Positions 22,701 to 35,120 are shown, numbered from the stretch's first letter. The stretch: 64,000 nt of DNA from Macrostomum lignano (GCA_002269645.1 NIVC01001654.1:190790-254789), one strand, 5' to 3'. The notes: a model not told the origin generated them from the letters alone. Translations and numbers: made by a program.

Positions 22701-24620
22701 GTGAGGGCTGCCTGTCGCTGTTTGAGGGCTGTCTTTGGCTGTGTGAGGGCTGCCTTTGGCTGTGTCAGGCTGTATTTGGCTGTGTGAGGGCTGCCTGTCG
22801 CTGTTTGAGGGCTGCCTTTGGCTGTGTGAGGGCTGCCTTTGGCTGTGTCAGGCTGTATTTGGCTGTGTGAGGGCTGCCTGTCGCTGTGTCAGGCTGTATT
22901 TGGCTGTGTGAGGGCTGCCTTTGGCTGTGTCAGGCTGTATTTGGCTGTGTGAGGGCTGCCTTTGGCTGTGTCAGGCTGTATTTGGCTGTGTGAGGGCTGC
23001 CTGTCGCTGTGTCAGGCTGTATTTGGCTGTTTGAGGGCTGCCTGTCGCTGTGTGAGGGCTGCATTTGGCTGTGTGAGGGCTGCCTTTGGCTGTGTCAGGC
23101 TGTATTTGGCTGTTTGAGGGCTGCCTGTCGCTGTGTCAGGCTGTATTTGGCTGTTTGAGGGCTGCCTGTCGCTGTGTGAGGGCTGCCTTTGGCTGTGTGA
23201 GGGCTGCCTTTGGCTGTGTCAGGCTGTATTTGGCTGTTTGAGGGCTGCCTGTCGCTGTGTCAGGCTGTATTTGGCTGTTTGAGGGCTGCCTGTCGCTGTG
23301 TGAGGGCTGCCTTTGGCTGTGTGAGGGCTGCCTTTGGCTGTGTCAGGCTGTATTTGGCTGTTTGAGGGCTGCCTGTCGCTGTGTCAGGCTGTATTTGGCT
23401 GTTTGAGGGCTGCCTGTCGCTGTGTGAGGGCTGCCTTTGGCTGTGTGAGGGCTGCCTTTGGCTGTGTCAGGCTGTATTTGGCTGTTTGAGGGCTGCCTGT
23501 CGCTGTGTCAGGCTGTATTTGGCTGTTTGAGGGCTGCCTGTCGCTGTGTGAGGGCTGCCTTTGGCTGTGTGAGGGCTGCCTTTGGCTGTGTCAGGCTGTA
23601 TTTGGCTGTTTGAGGGCTGCCTGTCGCTGTGTCAGGCTGTATTTGGCTGTTTGAGGGCTGCCTGTCGCTGTGTGAGGGCTGCCTTTGGCTGTGTGAGGGC
23701 TGCCTTTGGCTGTGTCAGGCTGTATTTGGCTGTTTGAGGGCTGCCTGTCGCTGTGTGAGGGCTGCCTTTGGCTGTGTGAGGGCTGCCTTTGGCTGTGTCA
23801 GGCTGTATTTGGCTGTTTGAGGGCTGCCTTTGGCTGTGTGAGGGCTGCCTTTGGCTGTGTGAGGGCTGCCTTTGGCTGTGTGAGGGCTGCCTTTGGCTGT
23901 GTGAGGGCTGCCTTTGGCTGTGTGAGGGCTGCCTGTCGCTGTGTGAGGGCTGCATTTGGCTGTGTGAGGGCTGCATTTGGCTGTGTGAGGGCTGCCTGTC
24001 GCTGTTTGAGGGCTGCATTTGGCTGTTTGAGGGCTGCCTGTCGCTGTGTGAGGGCTGCCTGTCGCTGTGTGAGGGCTGCATTTGGCTGTGTGAGGGCTGC
24101 ATTTGGCTGTTTGAGGGCTGCCTTTGGCTGTGTGAGGGCTGCATTTGGCTGTTTGAGGGCTGCCTGTCGCTGTGTGAGGGCTGCCTTTGGATGTGTGATG
24201 GCTGCCTTTGGCTGTGTGATGGCTGCCTTTGGCTGTGTGAGGGCTGCATTTGGCTGTGTGATGGCTGCCTTTGGCTGTGTGAGGGCTGCATTTGGCTGTG
24301 TGAGGGCTGCATTTAGCTGTGTGAGGGCTGCCTGTGGCTGTGTGAGGGCTGCCTGTGGCTGTGTGAGGGCTGCATTTGGCTGTGTGAGGGCTGCATTTGG
24401 CTGTGTGAGGGCTGCCTTTGGCTGTGTGAGGGCTGCCTTTGGCTGTGTGAGGGCTGCATTTGGCTGTGTGAGGGCTGCATTTGGCTGTGTGAGGGCTGCA
24501 TTTGGCTGTGTGAGGGCTGCATTTAGCTATGTGAGGGCTGCCTTTGGCTGTGTGAGGGCTGCATTTGGCTGTGTGAGGGCTGCATTTGGCTGTGTGATGG
24601 CTGCATTTGGCTGTGTGAGG
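19720..24620. repeat. ~4.9-kb composite satellite of 20-bp (GGCTGTGTCAGGCTGTATTT) and 21-bp (GGCTGTTTGAGGGCTGCCTGT) subunits
   Basis: 41-bp dimer on the left, extra 21-mers in the middle, pure 21-mers on the right. Confidence 0.95.
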
Positions 24621-25227
24621 GCGGTCCTGCAGGCCCTGCCTGACCGTCAGAGGGCGGCGCAGCTCCAGGCAACGCCGAGACCCGGACGCTGGCGGAGTCG
24701 CTCGAACCGCAGGCTGAGGCGGCTGCTGCACTGCAGATGCTGCAGAGCCGAGCGGCCACCCACAGCTGGAAGTTCAGGAGGTGCCGCTGCTGGCGCTGCA
24801 GGCAGCCACCGGCGATTCTGCGACTGCCTGCTGGCTGAGGTGGTGCCGGCTGACCTTTGATGTTCTTGTGGCCTTGCAGCCTTTTATGTACTTTTATTTT
24901 TGTCTTCAGAGATTTACCAGGTAATTCAATGTAGGATTCTCATGTTGTATTCATGAATTTTGTTGTGTTGTTAACTTAAAAATCGTGAAAGCTTTCAGCA
25001 AGCAGCACTGAAAACACAAAAAGTGAGTTCGAGAACTCAGGCACTAACTCTTTCATTATTTTCAAATTTATTGGCGAACTGGAAAAGGCGAGCAAACGTA
25101 CTAGTAGTGTATTTTAACAAAGTAACTTAAATGACGAATTACAATTTGGAAAATTTGTGGAATTTTATCATTTCGTCGATTTCTGACCAATTCGAAACAG
25201 CAATAAAGAATGAAGCTTTAGTTAATG

Positions 25228-25330
25228 CTGTCAGGCTGTCAGTCACTGAATGTTCATGAGGGAGCTGTCAGGCTGTCAGTCACTGAATGTTCATGAGGGA
25301 GCTGTCAGGCTGTCAGTCACTGAATGGTAC
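25228..25330. repeat. Second copy of the 37-bp repeat (~3 units), part of the duplicated cGLR 3' flank
   Basis: Same unit and following flank as 9891-10290. Confidence 0.88.
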
Positions 25331-26214
25331 ATGACTACATGATGAAATTTATTTGCAGACTGCCTGAGCTGCTTCTGAAAGCAGGTGCTTGAAAAATCAG
25401 GGAGCATGTACAAACGACATTAACAGCTATTAAAGTTGTCCAATTGCTAGTGGGACAAATAACTAAGACGGAATGGCTAACACTTTGGTGGAAGGCTATA
25501 TTTAAACACGCGGTCGTAAAGCTCGGCGGAGCGAGAGAAAGTGAAAAGAAAGGTAATAAACCGAGGCAAGCCAGACTATATATTTAAAGTAATAAACTGG
25601 ACCTCTTCGTGCGCCACGCGCACAAAAAGGTCTAAGTTATCGATCGTGCAAAATATTATACTTTCTAGGTACGCAAAAAACAGACACAGCTAAAACGGCC
25701 CAATTGGGGGCCACCGAACGCAAAATTATATAGAGAAAATCTGGGGATAAATCTGACAAAAGTGCATCGAAAATATTATCAGTAACATACGCAGTACAAA
25801 CAAAACCCAGAGGAGCTTTAAAAACTACGAATTCAAACCAAGCGGCTGCATCAGTCTCTCCAGCTTCTCCCTGACCCCAGCCGACCTTTGGATTTTCCAG
25901 GTCCATACAGATAACTGCTACATGTGCATTTGGCTTAAATATTTCATTAAAAAGCATTGGTAATTCGGTGTTGAAGTCCGCAGAACAAAATCGCAGGGAA
26001 AAGCCCGCATCAAAGCAGACACGCAGTTTGGAGGGAAAAATTTAGCAATTCAGCATGCAGAGGGAATTGAATTGCAGCACAAATGTGCAAAACTGCAGTT
26101 CATGGCAAAAACTTATGGATAAACTGAATTCAACGAACAGAAATAGTACACAGTTATTGGTTCTGAAATTCCAGTCCAGCACAACTTGAAAATCTGAGCA
26201 ACGAAGTCCTCAGC

Positions 26215-27686
26215 TCACTGCAGTCTCATCCGACTGAGCTTGGCGTGAGTCCAGCTGTCTCTCTGCTCCGCTGCAGTTTCCATGGCAACCAGGCGCCCCA
26301 AGTCGGCCCCGTCTCGCCGCAGCTTCGCCCTCGCCCACAGCCTCCGCTCCTCATCTTCCCTGCTGCGGTGAGCGCCGCTGTCGCTGCCGCTGCGGTTCGA
26401 AACTCGCCACCGCTTCTGCCTGACCCAGCCGATCTTCTCCTCGTCCTGCGTCTCCATGGCGACGCGTCTCTCTTTCTCGATCATCTCCATCTGCTGCAGG
26501 CTGAGCTCCACGTGCTCGCGGCAGTCGCTGTAGTGAGCCAGAGTGAGCAGCTCCTCCAAGTCCGGGTCTTCTTCCAGCTCTCGCTTCCAATCCTCTAGTT
26601 TTATTGCAGGTGCGCGATTGCGGAGCAGCTCAGCTTGGAGACTCGAGCTCAGGCAGCGGAAGTTCACGTACAGGTGGGAGGAGAGAGGCTGCGACAGTCT
26701 GGCCGTGAACAGAGTCTGCGTGAACTCGGGAAGGAATGGGAAGCGAGGCGGAGAGTCGCAGGGGAGGCAGAACCTCCACGCCCAGTCTGAGTCTTTTAGC
26801 AGTATTATCTTGATCGGGTACAGGCTACTCTCTTTTCGAATATCCTGTGGCTTAAACCCTGACTGAACCTGATGTCTCTGCAGCTCCATCGCGAGTTTCT
26901 CAGCTTCCTCAGATTCTCCGAATTTCAAATGCGCCATGGCGGTCATGCACAGGGCGGCGCACTTGCACCACTGCAGCTCATGCAGGAGACTGAGCTGCCT
27001 CATCAGGGTGTCTCTGTCGCTCAATTCCGACTGCAGCTCGCTCACACACTGGTGCACCACACTGTACACGTCTGCGAACTTGCAGTACATTTCTGGATAG
27101 TCAGTTCCTTTCCTGATCTCCGTGACAGCAGGCGGCGCTGTCAGAGGCAGCAGAGTGAACGGGTGAAAGTAGAACTTCTCTGACTGCAGAGGTCTCACGA
27201 GTCTCCTCAGCTGCTCGACCACTCCGCCGATGTCGCTTCTCAGCTCACAAAGTCGGTCTCGAACCCTCGCCTTCGTGTTGTCGAAGTCGCCGCCGATTCC
27301 AGCGTTCTTGAAGTAGAGCGGAGCGTCGGGCATGAAGAAGTGCGGCATGCACTCATTGGGCGAGCTGCTCGAGTCGATGAAGCTCAGCATCATGTTGAGA
27401 GACTCGTTGAGCAGAGCGATCAGATTGTGGGGCTGCCAAGCCTCAGTTTCAGGATCTGTGCCATGCTTATCCAGCATGAAGAATAGCAGAGTCTTTGCAT
27501 GGTAGGTCTTGACTCCAGGTGTGTCCAGATTGAGCGGCAAGTGTCTCTTGAAGATGAACTTAATGAGTGTGAACAGCTGGCCCTGGACTGTGCTCAGGTG
27601 TCTCATGATGTGTTTCTCTTGGAAGCTAAAGCTCACTCTGAGCTCGTTGGTCGAGCTCGGTCTGGTCGCCCGAACGAGGTGAACAA
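26215..27686 (-). pseudogene. cGLR copy 2, 5'-truncated: Mab-21 helical and C-terminal part only, no GS/DxD or third Asp
   Basis: Homology to copies 1 and 3 begins at VHLVRATRP (~27686) and runs intact to the stop at 26215; sequence upstream is the 3' flank of copy 3. Confidence 0.75.
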
Positions 27687-28169
27687 AACCACTCTTGTCA
27701 GTCAGTTTTTTAATCCTGTCTCTCCAGCTTCTCCCTGACCCAGCCGACATATGAATTTTCCAGATACATGCAGCTAACTGCTGCCTGTTCATTTGGCTTG
27801 AATATGTCATTAAACAGCATTGGCAATTGGGTATTGAAGTCCGCAGAACAAAATCGCACAGAAAAGCCCGCATCAAAGCAGACACGCAGTTTGAAGGGAA
27901 AAAGCAATTCAGCATGCAGTGTGAATTGAATTGCAGCACAAATGTAAAAAACTGCAGTTCATAGCAGGAACGCAACCCTGCCAACCCTACCAACCCTGCC
28001 AACCCTGGCTCTAGATCTGTGCATTTCCTAAAGCAGGAGCAAAAAAGTTTTTGACAAGCTGAATTCAACAGAAGAAAATCAGGTAAAACCAACGGGAAAA
28101 GTACACAGTCATTGGGTCCGAAACTTCAGTTCAGCAAAACGTAAAAATCTGAGCAACGAAGTCCTCAGG

Positions 28170-29758
28170 TCACTGCAGTCTCATCCAACTGACCTTGGTG
28201 TGAGTCCAGCTGTCTCTCTGCTCTGCTGCAGTTTCCATGGCAACCAGCCCCAGCCTCGCCCTCGCCCACAGCCTCCGCTCCTCATCTTCCTCTTCATCTT
28301 CGCTGCTGCGGTGAGCACCGCTGTCGCTGCCGCTGCCGCTGCGGTTCGAAACTCGCCACCACTTCTGCCTGACCCAGCCGATATTCTCCTCGTCCTGCGT
28401 CTCCATGGCGACGCGTCTCTCTTTTTCGATCATCTCCATCTGCTGCAGGCTGAGCCGCACGTGCCAGCGGCAGTCGCTGTAGTGAGCCAGAGTGAGCAGC
28501 TCCTCCAAGTCCGGGTCTCCAAGCAGCTCTTTAATCCAATGATCGAATGCGTATGCAGGTGCACGATTGCGGAGCAGCTCAGCTTGGAGACTCCAGCTCA
28601 GACAGCGGAAGTTCACGTACAGGTGGGAGGAGAGGGGCTGCGACAGTCTGGCTGTGAACAGAGTCTGCGTGAACTCGGGAAGGAATGGGAAGCGAGGCGG
28701 AGAGTCGCAGGGGAGGCAGAACCTCCACGCCCAGTCTGAGTCTTCTGGCAATTTAGCTGGTTCATCGTATTTATCTGCTTGAATATCCTGTGGCTTCAAC
28801 CCTGACACAACATGATGTCTCTGCAGCTCCATCGCGAGTCTCTCAGCCTCCTCAGATTCACCGAACTTCAAATGCGCCATGGCGGTCATGCACAGGGTGG
28901 CGCACTTGCACCACTGCAGCTGTTGCAGGATACTGAGCTGCCTCATCAGTGTGTCTCTGTCGCTTGATTCTGACTGCAGCTCGCTCACACACTGGTGCAC
29001 CACACTGTACACGTCTGCGAACTTGTAGTACATTTCTGGAGAATACATTCCTTTCCTGATCTCCGTGACAGCAGGCGGCGCTGTCAGAGGCAGCAGAGTG
29101 AACGGGTGAAAGTAGAACTTCTCTGACTGCAGAGGTCTCACGAGTCCCCTAAGCTGCTCGACCACTCCGCTGATGTCGCTTCTCAGCTCACAAAGTCGGT
29201 CTCGAACCCTCGCCTTCGTGTTGTCGAAGTCGCCGCCGATTCCAGCGTTCTTGAAGTAGAGCGGAGCGTCGGGCATGAAGAAGTGCGGCATGCACTCATT
29301 GGGTGAGCTGCTCGAGTCGATGAAGCTCAGCATCATGTCGAGAGACTCCTTGAGCAGAGCGATCAGATTGTGGGGCTGCCAAGCTTCAATCGAAGGATGT
29401 GTGTCATTCTTCTCCAGCATGAAGAATAGCAGAGTCTTTGCATGGTAGGTCTTGAGTCCAGGTGTGTCCAGAGTGAGCGGCAAGTGTCTCTTGAAGATGA
29501 ACTTGATGAGTGTGAACAGCTGGCCCTGGTCTGTGCTCAGGTTTCTCATGATGTCTTTTTCTTGGAAGCTGAAGCTCACTCTGAGCTCGTTGGTCGAGCT
29601 GGGTCTGGTCGCCCGCACGAGGTGAACTTTGTCGAAGTTGTATGGAAGCAGTTTTCTAATTCTGTTCTTAAAGAAACTGCTGCAGCATTCGATCGCATGG
29701 CACGTGTCCTGTGCAGGCCGCACGCCGCACGCCGTGGCTGTCACTGCAGGTTGGCTGC
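28170..29758 (-). CDS. cGLR copy 3, terminal exon
   Basis: Acceptor ending 29759 identical in position to copy 1; QDTCHAIEC, HLV..ELRVSFS, GLKTYHAKTLLF; open to stop at 28170. Confidence 0.85.
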
Positions 29759-30258
29759 CTGCAGAGCGCAGTGAGCGGAGAGTCGCTTTGTGGCGAGTGG
29801 AAAAGATGGGTTGGTTTGAAACTGCATGAATGTGTTAGTTGAGTTCGTTCTACTCATGTTTCAGTGCTACTAATGATGTAATCTATAATTCGTTGCAATG
29901 CTTGCAGGGGCACCGCAACGGAGTTGATGATGGTTGGGTAAAGAGACAATTATTTTACTTTCATTCAGACCAGGTTTTCACGTATTGCGTACTGTATGCA
30001 TGCTTTTAACGTGTGTGCATGGCATTGCATAATAATTGTTTCATAACCTATGAGAGAGGTGCGATCGGAGTGATTGGTTGCCAGAATTTATATTTTAAGC
30101 GAAATGAGTTCTGCATGGTATTTCAACAAGGTTTCGAACTCATGTTGAACTTATGAACTCAGAAATTCAGCCACGATCGGTATCCAATAAATAATTGAGC
30201 AGAGTTAAGGGACTTGGATTGGCATGGGGATTGGGATGAAGAACCCAGCCTCACACAC

Positions 30259-30593
30259 CTGCTCCGACTGCCACCTGTGCGTGGCCCTCTTTGACCTGCA
30301 GCGGAGTGGCGTCTTTGCAGGAACCCTTTCTTTCGCAGCCACCTCTTAGATGGAACTCTTGCCCAGGAGCCAGCACAGTCCAGTCAATGTCCGAGTCTGC
30401 AGCTGTCCTGCCGTTCACTTGCACCATACTGTTGGCCCAGCCCTCTGCGTAGCTGCCCGTCATCTGCCTGCCATCCTGTGTGAGGACTCGAGCGACTCCT
30501 TGCAGCCAGTCAGCCAGTCTCTGCTGACACTTTGCTCTCTGCTCGGTGAATCCCGCATCGCTGAGCAGTCGATGCAGCCCCTCGTTTGAAAGT
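30259..30593 (-). CDS. cGLR copy 3, nucleotidyltransferase (GS/DxD) exon; no ankyrin exon visible
   Basis: GSYAEGWANSMVQVNGRTAADSDIDW; donor GCAG|GTGTGT at 30258; probable acceptor CCTTCCAG ending 30594 (frame is open to 30643). Confidence 0.78.
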
Positions 30594-30742
30594 CTGGAAG
30601 GATACGAGTTGGTGGAGCAGGAGAGGTGTAAGTTCAGCTGCATTCAGTGCAGGAGGATTACTACATATCGTGCAGATAGAGCCGGGTTTTCAGAATTTTG
30701 ACGCAAAAAACGCAAATTATACTACTATCTGAAAATGAAGTA

Positions 30743-31650
30743 AGTAGTATACAAAAACGCTATCCTAAGCGTGATATGGCAATATGTAGTCGTAATAATC
30801 CATGTGCTCATATATGTACATTAATTCCATGTACATTAATCCCTATCTATCTCAAATTGGATATGTACATTAATTCCATGTACATTAATCCATATCTCAA
30901 ATGTCCATGTCTATCCCCAATTCTATATGTACACTTACATTGATCTACAGTGTCATCCCCAGACGTCCCGCGCGCACCAACATTACATGCACAATGCTAC
31001 ATGTACACAGAGGTGAGAATTACTAATCTTATCTACTACCAAATGAGTCAACTAACCGTGTAGCGCACATCATGTATAAGTATTTACAATGAAGATATAT
31101 TTACATTTAATCAGTAGCATATTACAGGAATCAAGACATGTACACCATCACCAGCAAATAGAATATACAGAAAATTTTACATTGTTTTTCAATAATTTTC
31201 TCTTCATAAATGATTTTAAACAGGTTTGACATGCAAAATATGTACAATAGATTTTTAAATTGGCAATTTCGCCACACGCAATGCAAAAATGTTTTATGTA
31301 CATTGAAATATATACAGCAAATAGATTCTGATAAATACAGCAATACTACAATGAAAATTATGTACAATAAATAGATTTTACTAATTTAATATTGCAAAAT
31401 GTACATTGAATCGTCAGTTATAATTGGATTACATTATTTATAGCCATAAGGCCTGCTGCCGGCCCCGTACACACGTTTTGTCAGGACGCGCTGAAACGTC
31501 TTGTCCATGGTGATCGTGTGTATGGTACAAGACGCCTTGTCGCGCCTGAACTGGAACTGCGGCAGCTGCAGAGAGCCGCCGTGTAGCAGGGCATTGCGCA
31601 ATTCGTCGCTGCGCTCCCGAATCTCCGGACCCAAGTCTGCCCCCCAAATG
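30743..31650. mobile_element. Terminal relic of a second Polinton/Maverick family (terminus + 3' end of a pPolB)
   Basis: Starts AGTAGTATACAAAAACGCT, similar to AGTAGTATAGAAAAAGACGCT at 49129; minus-strand 31434-31634 encodes QFRRDK..TITMDKTFQRVLTKRV..RPYGYK*, a pPolB C-terminal signature. Confidence 0.65.
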
Positions 31651-31682
31651 CAGGACTGTGTTGAAGCAGTGCTTTATATTTC

Positions 31683-32209
31683 TATTGACGGTGGGTATGA
31701 TACAAGACGCTTCGTCACGCTTTAATTACAGTAAACCATCCCCTCGAAGCTCCTATACTGAATGCTGAATCACCCTTTAACTCGGACCATAGTCAAATTC
31801 AACCCTGTTCGAAAACAGCCACCCCTCCGATGTTCACCAGACTCGTCTTCACAGCGCAGACCCCATAGCAAAATCGAGCTAAATTTTAACACTCGCCCCT
31901 GTTCTCTCTGTCCCCCTTCTAAATGCCAAGGAATTTCGACCCTCTCTCCATTTTCAGTGTACAGACAGATCTTTCCACAGCACAGACCCTATATTAAACT
32001 TCATTCAGCAAAACCCCTCTCTTCTCCGATTACGTCATCCATGCCGCCCCAGATAGCAAGAAACCAACTTTTAATGCACACATCAACCCCGCGAATCTGA
32101 GCAAATCCGAGTCCGCCAACCTCTACCTGCATTGACAAACCCCAGCTGCATTTGTAAATGTACACAGCCTATGAATCAGTGTCTCCACCGCATGCAATTC
32201 TGATTTACT
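31683..32209. repeat. Left arm (outer part) of a ~1.15-kb inverted repeat; reverse complement of 48606-49128
   Basis: Near-identical 112-aa ORFs on opposite strands (31762-32100 +, 48715-49053 -); DNA matches by eye. Confidence 0.9.
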
Positions 32210-32809
32210 TCCTATATACTAAAAATGAGTTGTCTGTGGGTATGTGGGTATGTGGGTATGCGATAGATTTCAGAAAAATTGGCTCAACCGATTTTCTTCA
32301 AACTTGCACCATTCGATCAGAAATTTTCCTGGGACGGTACATGCATCTTGGCTAAGAAATTGCTCAATGTTAAAGGGATTAAATATTCGAAAAACATGCT
32401 TTTTTGCAAAGGTCAAGCAAAATTTTCGACTTGAAATGCATTGTAAGAATGCTAGAGAAATAACTGACTGGCTGAATTTCAATTCTGATAAAGATTGCAT
32501 CACAACAAATTGAACACAGTGTCGAAGAAATGCACACACGACTTGGTTAAAATTGCGTAACCATATTGCTAACTTCAATTGAGACTGATTCTGGCTGACT
32601 GAGAAATAGATTATGTCATAACTTTTTACTCCAATTGACTTGCTGTAAGAATTGCATTACAAGGGCCACAATTCATGTGCTCCAATTGAAAAAAGATAGC
32701 CTAGATGCGAACAGACTGGACTGCTAATGTAGCGACCTGGGTTCGAATCTTAGTAGCGCAAAATGATTTTTTATTAAAACACCTTGAAAATAAAAAATTG
32801 CTAATCATA

Positions 32810-35120
32810 AAAGAAGCGCCATGTCAAATATAGAAGAGCCACCATGTCGAACATAAAAGGGCCACCATGTCAAACATTAAAGAGCCACCTTGTCAAACAT
32901 TAAAGAGCCACCATTTCAAACCTAAAAGAGCCACCATGTCGAACATACAAGAGCCACCTTATCAAACATTAAAGAGCCACCATGTCGAACGAACATAAAA
33001 GAGCCACCATGTCGAACATTAAAGAGCCACCATGCAGAACATAAAAGAGCCACCATGTCTAATATAAAAGAGCCACCATGTCGAACATTAAAGTGCCATC
33101 GTGTCGAACATTAAAGAGCCACCATGTCGAACATAAAGGAGCCACCATGTCGAACATAAAAAAGCCACTATGTTGAACATTAAAGAGCCACCATGTCAAA
33201 CATTAAAGAGCCACCATGTAGAACATAAAAGAGCCACCATGTCTAATATAAAAGAGCCACCATGTCGAACATTAAAGTGCCATCGTGTCGAACATTAAAG
33301 AGCCACCATGTCGAACATAAAGGAGCCACCATGTCAAACATAAAAGAGCCACTATGTTGAACATTAAAGAGTCACCATGTCAAACATTAAAGAGCCACCA
33401 TTTTGAACATTAGAGAGTCACCATGTCAAACATTAAAGAGCCACTTTGTTGAGTATTAAAGAGCCATGTCAAACACTAAAGAGCCACCATGTCAAACATT
33501 GAAGAGCCACCATGTCAAACATTAAAGAGCCACTTTGTTGAATATTAAAGAGCCACTATGTCAAACAGTAAAGAGCCACCATGTCAAACATTAAAGAGCC
33601 ACCATGTCTAATATAAAAGAGCCACCATGTCGAACATAAAGGAGCCACTATGTCGAACATAAAAGAGCCACCATGTTGAAAATTAAAGAGCCACCCTGTA
33701 AAACATTTAAAAGATTCACCATGTCAAACAAATAAGTGACTTCATTTCAAACATAAAATAACCATCATGTCAAACAGAAAAGAGCCACCATGTCAAACAT
33801 TAAAGAGCTACCATGTCAAACATTAAAGAACCACCATGTAAAACATAAAAGAGCCATCATGTAGAACATAAAAGAGCCACCATGTCTAATATAAAAGAGC
33901 CACCATGTCGAACATTAAAGTGCCATCGTGTCGAACATTAAAGAGCCACCATGTCGAACATAAAGGAGCCACCATGTCAGACATAAAAGAGCCACTATGT
34001 TGAACATTAAAGAGCCACTATGTCAAACATTAAAGAACCACCATGTAGAACATAAAAGAGCCACCATGTCTAATATAAAAGAGCCACCATGTCGAACATT
34101 AAAGTGCCATCGTGTCGAATATTAAAGAGCCACCATGTCGAACATAAAGGAGCCACCATGTCAAACATAAAAGAGCCACTATGTTGAACATTAAAGAGTC
34201 ACCATGTCAAACATTAAAGAGCCACCATTTTGAACATTAGAGAGTCACCATGTCAAACATTAAAGAGCCAATTTGTTGAGTATTAAACAGCCACAATGTC
34301 AAACAATAAAGAGCCACCATGTCAAACATTAAAGAGCCACTTTGTTGAATATTAAAGAGCCACTATGTCAAACATTAAAGAGCCACCATGTCCAACATTA
34401 AAGAGCCACCATGTCTAATATAAAAGAGCCACCATGTCGAACATAAAGGAGCCACTATGTCGAACATAAAAGAGCCACCATGTTGAAAATTAAAGAGCCA
34501 CCCTGTAAAACATTTAAAAGATTCACCATGTCAAACAAATAAGTGACTTCATTTCAAACATAAAAGAACCATCATGTCAAACAGAAAAGAGCCACCATGT
34601 CAAACATTAAAGAGCTACCATGTCAAACATTAAAGAACCACCATGTAAAACATAAAAGAGCCATCATGTCAAACATTAAAGAGCCATCGTGTCGAACATT
34701 AAGGAGCCACCATGTCGAACATTAAAGAGCCACCACATCAAACATTAAAGAGCCACCATTTCAAACATAAAAAAGCCACCATGTCAAACATATATGTGAT
34801 TCCATGTCGAACATTAAAGAGCCACCATGTGAAACATATAAGAGACTTTATTTCAAACATAAAAGAGCCACTATGTTGAGCATTAAAGAGCCACAATGTA
34901 AAACATAGAAACGACCATTTCGAACATTAAAGAGCCACCATGTTGAACATTAAAGGGCTACCATGTCAATCATTAAAGAGCCACCATGTCAAACATTAAA
35001 GTGCCATCGTGTCGAACATTAAAGAGCCACCATGTCGAACATAAAGGAGCCACCATGTCGAACATAAAAGATACACAATTTCAAACATAAAAGTGAGCGA
35101 ATTTTAAAGGAGCCACTATA
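32810..35120. repeat. 22-23-bp minisatellite (AAAGAGCCACCATGTCGAACATT) inside Helitron unit 1
   Basis: Read directly; internal higher-order duplications. Confidence 0.95.

Noticed and set aside
24620-24860. GC-rich coding-like stretch at the end of the satellite
   Set aside because: No recognisable homology or reliable exon boundaries.
31762-32100. 112-aa ORF duplicated at 48715-49053 as a conserved gene
   Set aside because: Identity simply reflects the recent inverted repeat; no recognisable motif.
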